Part shown: piece by piece, positions 10,171 to 19,162 of the stretch
How positions within the stretch are numbered: position 1 is the first letter of the stretch
Layout of the letters: every line of letters starts with the position of its first letter
NCBI GenBank assembly: GCA_041659405.1
Contig: JBAZYK010000011.1
Coordinates: forward strand, 30,001-62,000
Length of the DNA: 32,000 nt
DNA from: Candidatus Altimarinota bacterium
GTDB taxonomy: Bacteria; Patescibacteriota; Gracilibacteria; UBA1369
Direction: 5' to 3'
The notes under the pieces: generated by a model
Database searches by the model: none
Seen by the model: only the letters and a program-made list of their open reading frames with translations
What the model was told of the DNA's origin: nothing
Made by a program: the position numbers and the translations under genes

Positions 10171-11562
10171 TTGGTGTTAAACTTCCCACCAACTCATCCA
10201 AACGTAAAAAAACCTAAAAAACACCTTATGGCCATCAAAAATTTAGAAGAAAGCCAGCATAACATTCTGGAAATTATGAAGCGCGAACCGGAAGGCTTGA
10301 TAACAAAGCTAACTACTGTTGTCGATGAAGCCTTAAAGAAAAGATCAGCGGTTCTAAAGCTCGCCGCAAAAAAGCAAACCCCCTTTTATCTTTTGGATGA
10401 GAAAGCGCTGGATAAAAGCATTGATGAGTTCATGACCGGATTTTCGAAACACCTAAGTGGACGGCCTTACTATGCCATAAAATCCAATTATCATCCCCTC
10501 ATTTTAAAAAGAGTGGTCCAAAAAGGCATGGGGCTGGACGTTAGTAGCGGAAGAGAGCTGAAATTCGCAATTAAAGCAAAAGCCAAATACATCGTTTTTT
10601 CGGGACCGGGCAAAACCGATGAAGAGCTTCGTTTGGCCCTAAAATACCATAAAAGAGTGATCGTGCACGTGGACAGCTTTAATGAACTTAAACGTCTGGG
10701 AAACTTAAGCCAAAAATCCCACAAAAAAATTACAATTGGAGTCCGCTTTTTCACCAACTATCACTTGGGAAACAAATTCGGAATCCCCCTGGATGACCTG
10801 CGAGAATTCTGGACCGAAGCCAAAAAATACCCATATCTTGAACTAAGAGGACTACAATCTCATTTCAGCTGGAACAAAGACTCCGAAAAATATAGCAAAA
10901 TGCTCAAATTGCTCGCAGACCACTTAAAGAAATATTTTAAGCCCGAAGAGTTGGATGAAATTCATTTTATTGATCTGGGCGGCGGATTCTACCCAAAACA
11001 AATCGATGGATTTTACCCCTGGACAGGCCGCTATCCAAGCCATATGCATGCCGGCGCTCTTGCCAAGTTGGCAAACGCTGAATTCGGCGTAAAAACCGAA
11101 TTTATAGACCCATACTACATTGTGGATTCAAAAACCCCTGAAGAATATGCGGAATTGATCGGAACCGTGGTCAAAGAAAACTTAAGCTTCCTAAAAAACT
11201 GCATCTATTACGCAGAACCGGGACGAATGATCTCCTACAGTTCCATGCACATTGTTGTGAAGCTTATCGACATCAAAAAATCCTCCGTTGGCATCACGGA
11301 CGGAGGAATCAACGCTATCGGTTGGGAATTTGGCGAACATTTCTACATGCCCATCATTAATTTAACTCATCCTTCAAAAGAAGAAATCCCCTTCACATTA
11401 TACGGATCACTCTGCACACCAAGAGACGTCTGGGGCTACTATTGTTTTGCCAGCGAAATGCAAAGCGGCGATGTCCTGATCATCCCAAATCAAGGGGCCT
11501 ATCGCTACACTCTCGCCCAGGAATTTATCAAAGCCATTCCGCCAGTCTACGTTCTAAAATAA
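10171..11562 (+). CDS. fold-type III PLP-dependent decarboxylase (Orn/DAP/Arg decarboxylase family, LysA-like)
   Basis: YYAIKSNY (PLP lysine), GMGLDVSSGRE, HVDS, DLGGGF, EPGR and CTPRD motifs. The track start at 10171 is a TTG; an ATG at 10228 (MAIKNLEE) is an alternative start. Confidence 0.8.
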   Translation: MVLNFPPTHPNVKKPKKHLMAIKNLEESQHNILEIMKREPEGLITKLTTVVDEALKKRSAVLKLAAKKQTPFYLLDEKALDKSIDEFMTGFSKHLSGRPYYAIKSNYHPLILKRVVQKGMGLDVSSGRELKFAIKAKAKYIVFSGPGKTDEELRLALKYHKRVIVHVDSFNELKRLGNLSQKSHKKITIGVRFFTNYHLGNKFGIPLDDLREFWTEAKKYPYLELRGLQSHFSWNKDSEKYSKMLKLLADHLKKYFKPEELDEIHFIDLGGGFYPKQIDGFYPWTGRYPSHMHAGALAKLANAEFGVKTEFIDPYYIVDSKTPEEYAELIGTVVKENLSFLKNCIYYAEPGRMISYSSMHIVVKLIDIKKSSVGITDGGINAIGWEFGEHFYMPIINLTHPSKEEIPFTLYGSLCTPRDVWGYYCFASEMQSGDVLIIPNQGAYRYTLAQEFIKAIPPVYVLK

Positions 11563-11612
11563 GCCCGCTCCGGGCGCGGTAGCGATAGACATTTCATGCG
11601 TGAACATTCAAG

Positions 11613-12935
11613 CTAAGAACAAATACAGGTCAAAGTTAAACTTTGCACGCCGCGATCCATCAACGCCTTTGCAACCTTTTCTCTTGGAGTATTTTCATCA
11701 AAAACAAGCGCTCCATTAAAACGGAAAGTCTCGTTTTCATAAGACAAAGAAGCAATATTCAAAAGCTGTTCAGATGTTCCAAGTTTGGCAATTGGCAGAA
11801 TTTTTTCTCTAAATTCAGCTTCGGTTCCTTTAAAAGTTCCGGTAAAACCAAGCAAAGATTTTTTGATCTGCTGATTTCTAACCTGACACACAAACACAAA
11901 AGTCGCGGTCATGCGGAAATTAGGATCAATGAAATAGTACTCCCCTTTCTCCGTAATCAGCACATCCAAACCACCAACGCCATACCAGCCTTTTGCTCGC
12001 ACCTTAGGCAAAATATCGTCCTTGATCAAAGCAAAAAGATCCTGTAATTCCGACCTGTCAAAATCCGGAGTTACCATTCCACCCAAAAACTCTCCACATT
12101 TCCCGATCACCTGTTCATTAAAACCAATAATGTCGATTTCCTTTTTCGGATCAGCCGGAATCCCAAACTGAATGCACAGATTTCTTAAAGAATGAATAAA
12201 TTGATAAATAATGACATGCCCATCCAAATCCTTAAACACCTCTTTGGCACTCTTAAGATCCTCAGACGTATGACAAATTCGCACACCATCACCCGCGCTG
12301 GAAGAACTCATTTTAACGACACAGGGAAAAGGATATTCCTGAATACTTGCCGCAAAATCCTTTCCGCTAAAAAAGTGGTTATATTCAGCAGGTAAATTAT
12401 GAGCGGGAATATAATAACTAAGATTTTCTTTATCATTCAGCCACACCGTAACTTCCGGCGGAATTTGGTAAAAACTTTTCAGGTCCTTATCCAAAAAAGG
12501 CTGGGCCATCATCAATTTACCTTCACATTTCAGATTCTTAATTGCTGATTTAACCGCACGATTTCTGTCCTTACCCACAAGATCAAAATTGATCACCTCG
12601 GGCAAAACAATCACCTCGGAAGGATCAAGAGGTTCTGCACCCATTTCGGACAATAACCCTAAAATATTTGGAGAATAAACAGCAGAAAATGTCATTACTT
12701 TCACATCAGGACCGGCGCAAAGCAAAGGACGCCCGGCAACCAGCTCCTCCACCCATGGCGGAATATTATTAAAAAAGCCCGATTCTTCTCCGGCAGGGAA
12801 AGAGTAAAAATACAAAGTATCTGCAGGAAAGTAACGGGACAGAGTATACGTTTTGTGGCTTAACGCCGGTAAAGGATCTTCTTCTTTATTCTTTCTCAAT
12901 AAACTATTAGCTACGGTTTTATGACTTTTAGTCAT
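11613..12935 (-). CDS. ATP-grasp domain protein, unknown substrate
   Basis: CVVKMSSSSAGDGVRIC..IIYQFI..GGLDVLITEKGEYYFIDPNFRMTA resembles the ATP-grasp nucleotide-binding core. The track ORF starts at a TTG (12968). I prefer the ATG at 12935 (MTKSHKTV). Confidence 0.6.
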   Translation of the reverse strand: MTKSHKTVANSLLRKNKEEDPLPALSHKTYTLSRYFPADTLYFYSFPAGEESGFFNNIPPWVEELVAGRPLLCAGPDVKVMTFSAVYSPNILGLLSEMGAEPLDPSEVIVLPEVINFDLVGKDRNRAVKSAIKNLKCEGKLMMAQPFLDKDLKSFYQIPPEVTVWLNDKENLSYYIPAHNLPAEYNHFFSGKDFAASIQEYPFPCVVKMSSSSAGDGVRICHTSEDLKSAKEVFKDLDGHVIIYQFIHSLRNLCIQFGIPADPKKEIDIIGFNEQVIGKCGEFLGGMVTPDFDRSELQDLFALIKDDILPKVRAKGWYGVGGLDVLITEKGEYYFIDPNFRMTATFVFVCQVRNQQIKKSLLGFTGTFKGTEAEFREKILPIAKLGTSEQLLNIASLSYENETFRFNGALVFDENTPREKVAKALMDRGVQSLTLTCICS

Positions 12936-13100
12936 ATAATCGACGTAAAAAAAATTTAAGTACAACAAGGTTACTCTTTTTACCCTAAAAAAACAAGCCT
13001 CAGGCCTTCTAAAACGACGGCCATCTCATCCAAGGCTTGCCAGAAAGCTCAATGCCATATACCATGCGTTTAGTTAAAAATTAGAAAAAAATCACCTCAT

Positions 13101-13175
13101 AGGCCCTTCGTATAACGGCTAGTACAAAGGTTTCCAAAACCTTTAGCGCGGGTTCGACTCCTGCAGGGCCTGCCA
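13101..13175 (+). tRNA. tRNA-Trp (anticodon CCA), CCA-3' encoded
   Basis: Manual cloverleaf. Acceptor aggccct/agggcct, anticodon stem aaggt/acctt with loop ttCCAaa, T arm gcggg-ttcgact-cctgc, discriminator g followed by cca. Confidence 0.9.
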
Positions 13176-13184
13176 TTGAGTTTT

Positions 13185-13207
13185 ACAGCTTGTTTAAGCT
13201 GTTTTTC
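13185..13207 (+). terminator. intrinsic terminator after tRNA-Trp
   Basis: Stem acagctt / aagctgt with a 4-nt loop gttt, followed by a T-run (ttttt). Confidence 0.5.
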
Positions 13208-13212
13208 CAGTG

Positions 13213-13221
13213 TGCTATACT
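13213..13221 (+). promoter_or_regulatory. extended -10-like promoter element for the Cys-rich gene
   Basis: tgcTATACT matches the TGnTATAAT pattern and ends 26 nt before the ATG at 13248. Confidence 0.35.
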
Positions 13222-13247
13222 GAAGAAAACAATTTTCTATTTTATAA

Positions 13248-15011
13248 ATGGTTGATCAATTCTGTCAAAATTGTAAAGGTAAATTTCACATAGAGGATGC
13301 TGATATTGAATTTTACAAAAAAATGGATGTTCCATTACCGACCTTTTGCCCAGATTGTCGTTTTCAAAGAAGATTAAGTTATCTCAATATCAGAAATTTA
13401 TATTCAAGAAAGCTGAGTTATTCAGAAAAAAGCGTTATTTCGATATATTCGCCAGATAAAAACTTTAACATAGTTGAAGACAAAGATTGGTACTCGGATA
13501 AATACGATTTTACCAACTTTGGAAAGGATTATGATTTTCATAAGCCCTTTTTTTTACAATTTCGCGAGTTGATGGAGCAGGTTCCTTTGCCTCATTTACA
13601 GAGACAATATTCAACTTTTGAGAATAGTGATTATTGCAATGCAGCTTCAGGATTAAAAAATTGTTACCTCGTTTTTAGTGCTGATTTGGATCAGGATTGT
13701 TATTATGGATATTCGCTTGAAGAGGCTAAAGATTGCATGGACGTTATTTTTACCAATAAAAGTGAGCTTTGTTATGAAGGAGTTAATCTAAAGAACTGTT
13801 ACAATTGTCTTTTTTGTGAAGACTTGGAAGGGTCAAATGGGATGATATTTTGTCGTGATTGTGTAGGTTGCAATGATTGTTTTGGAAGTATTGGCTTGCG
13901 TCAAAAATCGTATTACATTTTCAATAAACCGTATTCCAAAGAAGAGTATCAAAAGAAAATTGCTGAATTCAAGATGAGTTCTTGGAGTTCATACCAAAAA
14001 ATAAAAAAAGAGGTGGAAGAGTTTTTCCTCTCCGTTCCACGAAAATTTATTCATGGCAGAAATAATCTTAACGTTGAAGGTGATTATGTATATCAGTCTA
14101 AAAACGTGCAAGAGTCTTTTATGGTGGAAAAAGCGGAAGACTGTAAATTTACGCATTTGCTTAGATATTTAACTACCGGCACCAATAATTCTTATGATTA
14201 TACAATGTATGGTTGTGGAGCTGAGCTTATTTATGAGTCTGCCTGGTGTGGCTTAAACATTCACAATCTTAAGTTTTCTTTATGGAATTATGGGAGTTCG
14301 GATCTGGAGTATTGTTTTGGATGTCATTATTCTACAAATCTTTTTGGTTGCATTGGCTTGCAGCATAAAAAATATTGCATTTTAAACAAGCAATATACCG
14401 AAGACGAATACAAAGCGTTATTACCGAAAATAAAAGAGCAGATGAAAAATATTCCGTATAAAGATAAAAAGGGGAATATTTACCGCTATGGTGAGTTTTT
14501 CCCAAATGAATTAAGTCCTTTCGATTATAACCAAACTCTTGCTCAAGAATTTTGCCCCATCACCAAAGAAGAAAGTTTAAATCAAAATTATGGCTGGTAC
14601 GAAAATAAAGAACGAGTAATAGGTGATTTTACTCATTGGAAAGACCTGGCTGACGATATTGAATCTGTTGATGACAGGGTATTAACCAAACCAATTCTGT
14701 GTAAAGCTTACGAAGAGAATTCGGCCGTGGCTTTAAGACATAACTGTAGCCAAATTTTTAAGATTATCCCTCAAGAATTGGGACTCTATCGAAAAATGGG
14801 AGTGCCTCTTCCCAGATACTGCCCTAATACACGTTGCTACCAAAAATTAAAACAATTGAATCCTTTTAAATTGTGGCAACGTGAATGCACATGTAAAGCG
14901 ACAACGCATGGACACCCGGATATGTGCGACAAGATTTTTGAAACCAGTTATAAACCCGATCGCAAAGAGATGGTCCATTGTGAAGAATGTTACTTAAAAG
15001 AAGTGTATTAG
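13248..15011 (+). CDS. cysteine-rich repeat protein with terminal zinc-ribbon-like CxxC motifs, unknown function
   Basis: 587 aa. N-terminus FCQNCKGKF..VPLPTFCPDCRFQRRL, echoed near the C-terminus as VPLPRYCPNTRCYQKL. The middle has short Cys-containing repeats (NCYLVF, DCYYGY, LCYEGV, NCYNCLFC, DCVGCNDCFG). There is an internal duplication, LRQKSYYIFNKPYSKEEYQKKI versus LQHKKYCILNKQYTEDEYKALL. Confidence 0.7.
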   Translation: MVDQFCQNCKGKFHIEDADIEFYKKMDVPLPTFCPDCRFQRRLSYLNIRNLYSRKLSYSEKSVISIYSPDKNFNIVEDKDWYSDKYDFTNFGKDYDFHKPFFLQFRELMEQVPLPHLQRQYSTFENSDYCNAASGLKNCYLVFSADLDQDCYYGYSLEEAKDCMDVIFTNKSELCYEGVNLKNCYNCLFCEDLEGSNGMIFCRDCVGCNDCFGSIGLRQKSYYIFNKPYSKEEYQKKIAEFKMSSWSSYQKIKKEVEEFFLSVPRKFIHGRNNLNVEGDYVYQSKNVQESFMVEKAEDCKFTHLLRYLTTGTNNSYDYTMYGCGAELIYESAWCGLNIHNLKFSLWNYGSSDLEYCFGCHYSTNLFGCIGLQHKKYCILNKQYTEDEYKALLPKIKEQMKNIPYKDKKGNIYRYGEFFPNELSPFDYNQTLAQEFCPITKEESLNQNYGWYENKERVIGDFTHWKDLADDIESVDDRVLTKPILCKAYEENSAVALRHNCSQIFKIIPQELGLYRKMGVPLPRYCPNTRCYQKLKQLNPFKLWQRECTCKATTHGHPDMCDKIFETSYKPDRKEMVHCEECYLKEVY

Positions 15012-15027
15012 CAGCTTATTCAAGCCA

Positions 15028-15216
15028 TCAATCCTCTTCACCAGACTTTGTAACACCTTCTCCTGAAATAAAATTTCCCGCCAGGGCTTGTTTGATTTGG
15101 CGATCCACTTCTATAAGAGCCGCCTTAACTTCTAAACCACTAGCTGCCAAAGCACAGACCATTGCTCTTTTTCCAAGCAAAAGATCTAAAAATGATGTAT
15201 CCTGATATCCTTCCAT
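15028..15216 (-). CDS. small hypothetical protein (62 aa)
   Basis: ORF track. It follows the cupin gene on the same strand after a 14-nt gap, and its composition is more protein-like than the overlapping + strand ORF. Confidence 0.35.
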   Translation of the reverse strand: MEGYQDTSFLDLLLGKRAMVCALAASGLEVKAALIEVDRQIKQALAGNFISGEGVTKSGEED

Positions 15217-15230
15217 TTAATTATAAATTA

Positions 15231-15644
15231 TTAACGAACCGCCTGTCCAAAAGCTTCGTCCTCTACATCAGCTTTTTCGTCAGCTATAGTGTGTTGAACG
15301 CGACCATCAATATGATTTGGTGGAGCGTACGTCGTGAAGATTTGCAAAGGAACGGTTCCGGTATTTACAAAATTATGCAAAGTCCCCGGAGTCACCACGA
15401 CCACATCCCCCGGACCAACCGGAGATTTTTTCCCATCCAAACTTGCTTCCCCTGTCCCCGATTGAAAGTACAATGTTTGTTCAACGTGCTGATGGGTTTC
15501 TTCACCAACTTCCCCACCCACAGGAATACTCATCACAACCAACTGGGATTTTGCCCCTGTAAATAAAACATGACGAAAATCCTGGTTATCTGCTGTCGCT
15601 TTTACAATGTTTGTCTGAAATGACGCAATATGTGGAGTTTCCAT
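15231..15644 (-). CDS. cupin domain protein
   Basis: GEVGEETHQHVEQTLYFQSGTGE..PGDVVVVTPGTLHNFVNTG fits the two cupin motifs. I moved the start to the internal METPH (15644), because the track ORF would otherwise overlap the sortase gene by 68 nt. Confidence 0.7.
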   Translation of the reverse strand: METPHIASFQTNIVKATADNQDFRHVLFTGAKSQLVVMSIPVGGEVGEETHQHVEQTLYFQSGTGEASLDGKKSPVGPGDVVVVTPGTLHNFVNTGTVPLQIFTTYAPPNHIDGRVQHTIADEKADVEDEAFGQAVR

Positions 15645-15669
15645 TTTTGGAAAGATTAAAAAATAAATT

Positions 15670-16314
15670 TCATTCTTTATCGGCAAAGATAACCAACCGT
15701 TTGGAATATTGTTTGGCATTTTTATCCCACACCCCATCGCAAGTAATCAGATTTAGATGAGCTTTTCCATCGCTTGATTTAAAGACATCGGTCGCATCCG
15801 CCGCAGCGGCATACATGCGGCTTCCACGAACCACAAAAGAAATGATCGCTCCTTTGTCATCCTGAACCGTAATCTTATCGCCCGGCTTAACCTTGCGCAG
15901 ATCGGCAAACACGCCGGTAGCGCCATAATACCAGTTAACATGACCATCAATGGCCGCGCTGCCAATTTCCCCCGGACGAGGCCCCAATTCATACCAGCCG
16001 GCATCAAGAGGCTGTTTGGGCACACCCATCGATCCGTCAGTCTTCAAACCCACTTTTTCGATCACGGCATCCACCTTAATGCTTGGAATCTTAATATTCA
16101 CCGGAACGCCAATACTTTCCCCAATGGCAAGAAGGTGATTGGAAACAACCGAATCAGTCTTCAAACCAACATTCATATTCACGGATGCGCCAACATTCCC
16201 CAACAAAGGACGCAAAGGCACGTTGTACCAAAACACAACTACGCATATCACCAATATTATAACTACCACGGAAAATATCCGGATTTTAATTTGATTTGAT
16301 AATTTCTTAGGCAT
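15670..16314 (-). CDS. sortase family transpeptidase (class E/F-like)
   Basis: N-terminal TM anchor, catalytic His region AAIDGHVNWY, LNLITCDG (TLxTC-type catalytic Cys) and the C-terminal Arg region KRLVIF. Confidence 0.8.
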   Translation of the reverse strand: MPKKLSNQIKIRIFSVVVIILVICVVVFWYNVPLRPLLGNVGASVNMNVGLKTDSVVSNHLLAIGESIGVPVNIKIPSIKVDAVIEKVGLKTDGSMGVPKQPLDAGWYELGPRPGEIGSAAIDGHVNWYYGATGVFADLRKVKPGDKITVQDDKGAIISFVVRGSRMYAAAADATDVFKSSDGKAHLNLITCDGVWDKNAKQYSKRLVIFADKE

Positions 16315-16350
16315 AAATCCTCCTGTTAAGGAAATTGCTCATGAAGTCTA

Positions 16351-16779
16351 TTAAGCCGCGCGCTTTTTCTCCTCCCTGCCGTTCAAATAAACCCGCATTT
16401 CCGGCTGAATCTGGACGCGAACCGGGCCTTCTTCCGTTTCCATATTCATCTGGAAAAATTTAGGTGGAAGTTCCGAAATAAGTTCAAAAAGCTTTTTATT
16501 CATGTGAGCCACCTCTTCTTCTTTTCTAACCTTCATTTCCTGCAATTTCATATATTGTTCCTCTTTCAAAAGATCCTGCATCCATTTATCCTCAACATCT
16601 TTAACCTGAGCCTTTAAATCTTTATAGGCTTTTTTAAGATCAACATAGTCTTCAGTATCGATTTTCTCGTCAAACTTCATATCTTTTCTGATGTCCTTCA
16701 GTTCATCCTTCAACTTTTTAAGCTCCTTCAGAGCCAGAGAAATTTTATCTTCAATCATAGTAAAAAATAAATGAGCCAC
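16351..16779 (-). CDS. coiled-coil hypothetical protein (142 aa)
   Basis: ORF track. K/E/D-rich heptad-like sequence with no enzymatic motif. Confidence 0.5.
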   Translation of the reverse strand: MAHLFFTMIEDKISLALKELKKLKDELKDIRKDMKFDEKIDTEDYVDLKKAYKDLKAQVKDVEDKWMQDLLKEEQYMKLQEMKVRKEEEVAHMNKKLFELISELPPKFFQMNMETEEGPVRVQIQPEMRVYLNGREEKKRAA

Positions 16780-16851
16780 GACAGTCTAGCAGTTTCCCAC
16801 GGTCTATCAATTACAATCCCTTGCTAAAACTGACAATAATCTTTTTCGATC

Positions 16852-16938
16852 GTTTCAAAAATCCGAACTTCGGCTGAGAGCACCTCGCAGGCGTGAGCCG
16901 AGAACTGTGCTCGAAGACGAAGTTTGGATTTTTGAAAC
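16852..16938 (+). other. 87-nt long hairpin element (21-bp outer stem)
   Basis: gtttcaaaaatccgaacttcg (16852-16872) pairs with cgaagtttggatttttgaaac (16918-16938). The single imperfection is a G-T pair only on the + strand. An inner stem gagcac/gtgctc is present. No flanking T-run on either strand. Confidence 0.4.
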
Positions 16939-16996
16939 CCTTAGTTGAAAAAGATTAAAGAATCTTTAGAAAGATTAAGGAATTTTTTCATTAAGA

Positions 16997-18907
16997 TTAT
17001 TGGCTCTTCACCAAAACATACCCGCTGAAGTCGATTTCACTTTCCGAAACCGCCTTGGAATTGAAAATTATGCCCTTAAAAGGTTTGAAATAGGATTCAA
17101 GTACAAGCTGATCGGCTTTAACTTGTGCCGAATTGGCAGCGCCAATAGAAGGATCGGAAGATGCAGTTCCCATGATCGCGCCAATATCTCCAAAATGACT
17201 AATATATTGAGCAACAACCTTCGGTGAAAAATAAACAAAATTCGACAAAGACTTTCCCATAGCCGTCTGCGTATCTTTAAAATCAGCATCATTCGCCAAC
17301 GTCTTGGCATTCACCTCAAAATCCTGATCAAAATGTGGATAAAAAGCCACAAAAGCCAGATTATCTTTGCTAACTCCGTACCACAATTCCAAAGGCGTAT
17401 TCAACAAAAGCTGCGTTAACGGCGACGAAGATTTGGATTCAAGCCCCTCCGACTTAAAGCGCAAAACATGAACCTTACTTCCATCTGCCAAAATGCCATC
17501 TTCAAACACAAACCCTTGCACAATATTTTTATATTTTTGGCCAAGTTGAGTAATCACCTCTTGCAAAAAAATATGCAGAGCGTCCACCGTTTTTTGCGCG
17601 CCCGCAGGATTGGAAGAAGCATCAACATAAAAGGCCAAATTTGGCATAAAATTGCCACTATCCCGCCAAACAAAGCTGTTACCTTTATCCAAAAATGAAA
17701 GAACATCTTTTTCAAAATCAAGCCCTTTAGAAGCAAAAAATTGCTGTATTTTACCTTTAAGATCAGCCACTTTATACATTTTCTCAAAAACAGCCAACTC
17801 AATATTCAAAAGCGATTTCAAGTCACTGTTTTCAACATACATCAAAGCCTTATCAACCGGAATTTTTTTATAAAGATAAGGATCGGAATGAGGCAAAGTC
17901 AAAAAATTGATCTTATTATTTTTCAAAACCTGCGCATCACCAAATTCCCGGCCCAAAATGCGTAAACCATTAGGCTCAGCGGAAAAAGCATAATACATTC
18001 CCTGCAAAGCCTGAAAATATTTTTCTTCATCCAAATAAGAAGTGGAAGCCTGTGTCGCCGCCTGCCCGCCCACCTGCGAACCGCCATACATTGCCGGACT
18101 AACACCTTTTGGATCCACAAACATAAATCCCACATTCGCCGGCATTTGCGCTAAACTTTTTTGATAAAATTCATTATCCAACAAAGAGGCGGAAACATCC
18201 TGATAACGGTCAATTGTCGACTTTAATCCTTCCAGCGAATTTGTCACAACCAAAGCATCACCAAGTCTGGTAATAAATATTTTGGTCCCGCCTTTTTGGA
18301 AAAAAGTTACACCACGATAATTATCCTGCAAAGCACCATTATTATTCGCCAACTTCCGGGCAACCTGATCAACTTTTTCAACATCCAAAATTGGCATTAC
18401 CAATTCCATATCCATCACCCCCTGCCCGCCCGAACTCGGCTGAGGAAAACTTCTCATCCCAACCATAAAATGGACCTTATCACCTAAAATCGGCTTTAAA
18501 TCGGCAGCATAAGTCACGCCATAAGCACTTAAAGCTTGATCCAATCCCTTATAAAACTGATCCTGAACATTTTGAATAATAGATGCGCCTCCGGTTGAGG
18601 TCGTCCCGCCGGGCACTTCATTCATAAAAGGCAAATTTCGGAAAATTAAACCCAAATTATTAAGCTGAGTTGCGTCATTTGTGCCAACCTTAATCACCAA
18701 ACCGGAATCTTTTGAAAGAAGCATTTCCAGCGGAATTCCCTGCGTTGTTTTTAAAGCGGAAGGCTTATTCGGAAGAGCTTTTTGGCAACCGGACATCAAA
18801 AAAAACATTGCCCCAAGCACCAAAAACAAAAAAACACCTTTAAATAAAAGGAGAAACTCACGAATAACAACATTGAAGTTCGCTTTACTCGCAGTAGAAA
18901 TAAGCAC
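16997..18907 (-). CDS. large putative lipoprotein, unknown function
   Basis: Lipobox FFLMSGC follows a hydrophobic stretch. The track ORF (to 19021) overlaps the L33 gene by 95 nt. An in-frame GTG at 18907 gives M-LISTASKANFNVVIREFLLLFKGVFLFLVLGAMFFLMSGC and removes the overlap. The start is uncertain. Confidence 0.55.
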   Translation of the reverse strand: MLISTASKANFNVVIREFLLLFKGVFLFLVLGAMFFLMSGCQKALPNKPSALKTTQGIPLEMLLSKDSGLVIKVGTNDATQLNNLGLIFRNLPFMNEVPGGTTSTGGASIIQNVQDQFYKGLDQALSAYGVTYAADLKPILGDKVHFMVGMRSFPQPSSGGQGVMDMELVMPILDVEKVDQVARKLANNNGALQDNYRGVTFFQKGGTKIFITRLGDALVVTNSLEGLKSTIDRYQDVSASLLDNEFYQKSLAQMPANVGFMFVDPKGVSPAMYGGSQVGGQAATQASTSYLDEEKYFQALQGMYYAFSAEPNGLRILGREFGDAQVLKNNKINFLTLPHSDPYLYKKIPVDKALMYVENSDLKSLLNIELAVFEKMYKVADLKGKIQQFFASKGLDFEKDVLSFLDKGNSFVWRDSGNFMPNLAFYVDASSNPAGAQKTVDALHIFLQEVITQLGQKYKNIVQGFVFEDGILADGSKVHVLRFKSEGLESKSSSPLTQLLLNTPLELWYGVSKDNLAFVAFYPHFDQDFEVNAKTLANDADFKDTQTAMGKSLSNFVYFSPKVVAQYISHFGDIGAIMGTASSDPSIGAANSAQVKADQLVLESYFKPFKGIIFNSKAVSESEIDFSGYVLVKSQ

Positions 18908-18926
18908 TTCGTGCGTGGGGGTTAGA

Positions 18927-19109
18927 TTACTTAGCCGCTTTCTTAAGATCTTTCCTTTTGTGAACTGTACGAGTTTTACTCTGCTTGCAGAACTTGCTGA
19001 GCTCCTTCTTGATTTTGTCATTGCTCTTTTTGTTGTAAGCAGTCACATAATTCGCTCTGCCACATTCGGAACAATACCACGCAGTATATTGACTTTTTCC
19101 TTTTGCCAT
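18927..19109 (-). CDS. rpmG: 50S ribosomal protein L33
   Basis: MAKGKSQYTAWYCSECGRANYVTAYNKK..KFCKQSKTRTVHKRKD shows the L33 zinc-ribbon pattern. The start is taken at the internal ATG (19109) rather than the track start at 19139. Confidence 0.8.
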   Translation of the reverse strand: MAKGKSQYTAWYCSECGRANYVTAYNKKSNDKIKKELSKFCKQSKTRTVHKRKDLKKAAK

Positions 19110-19162
19110 AAAAATAAACGAAAAATAAAAGCAGAGCAATCATAGCCAATTTTGGCTTTAAG

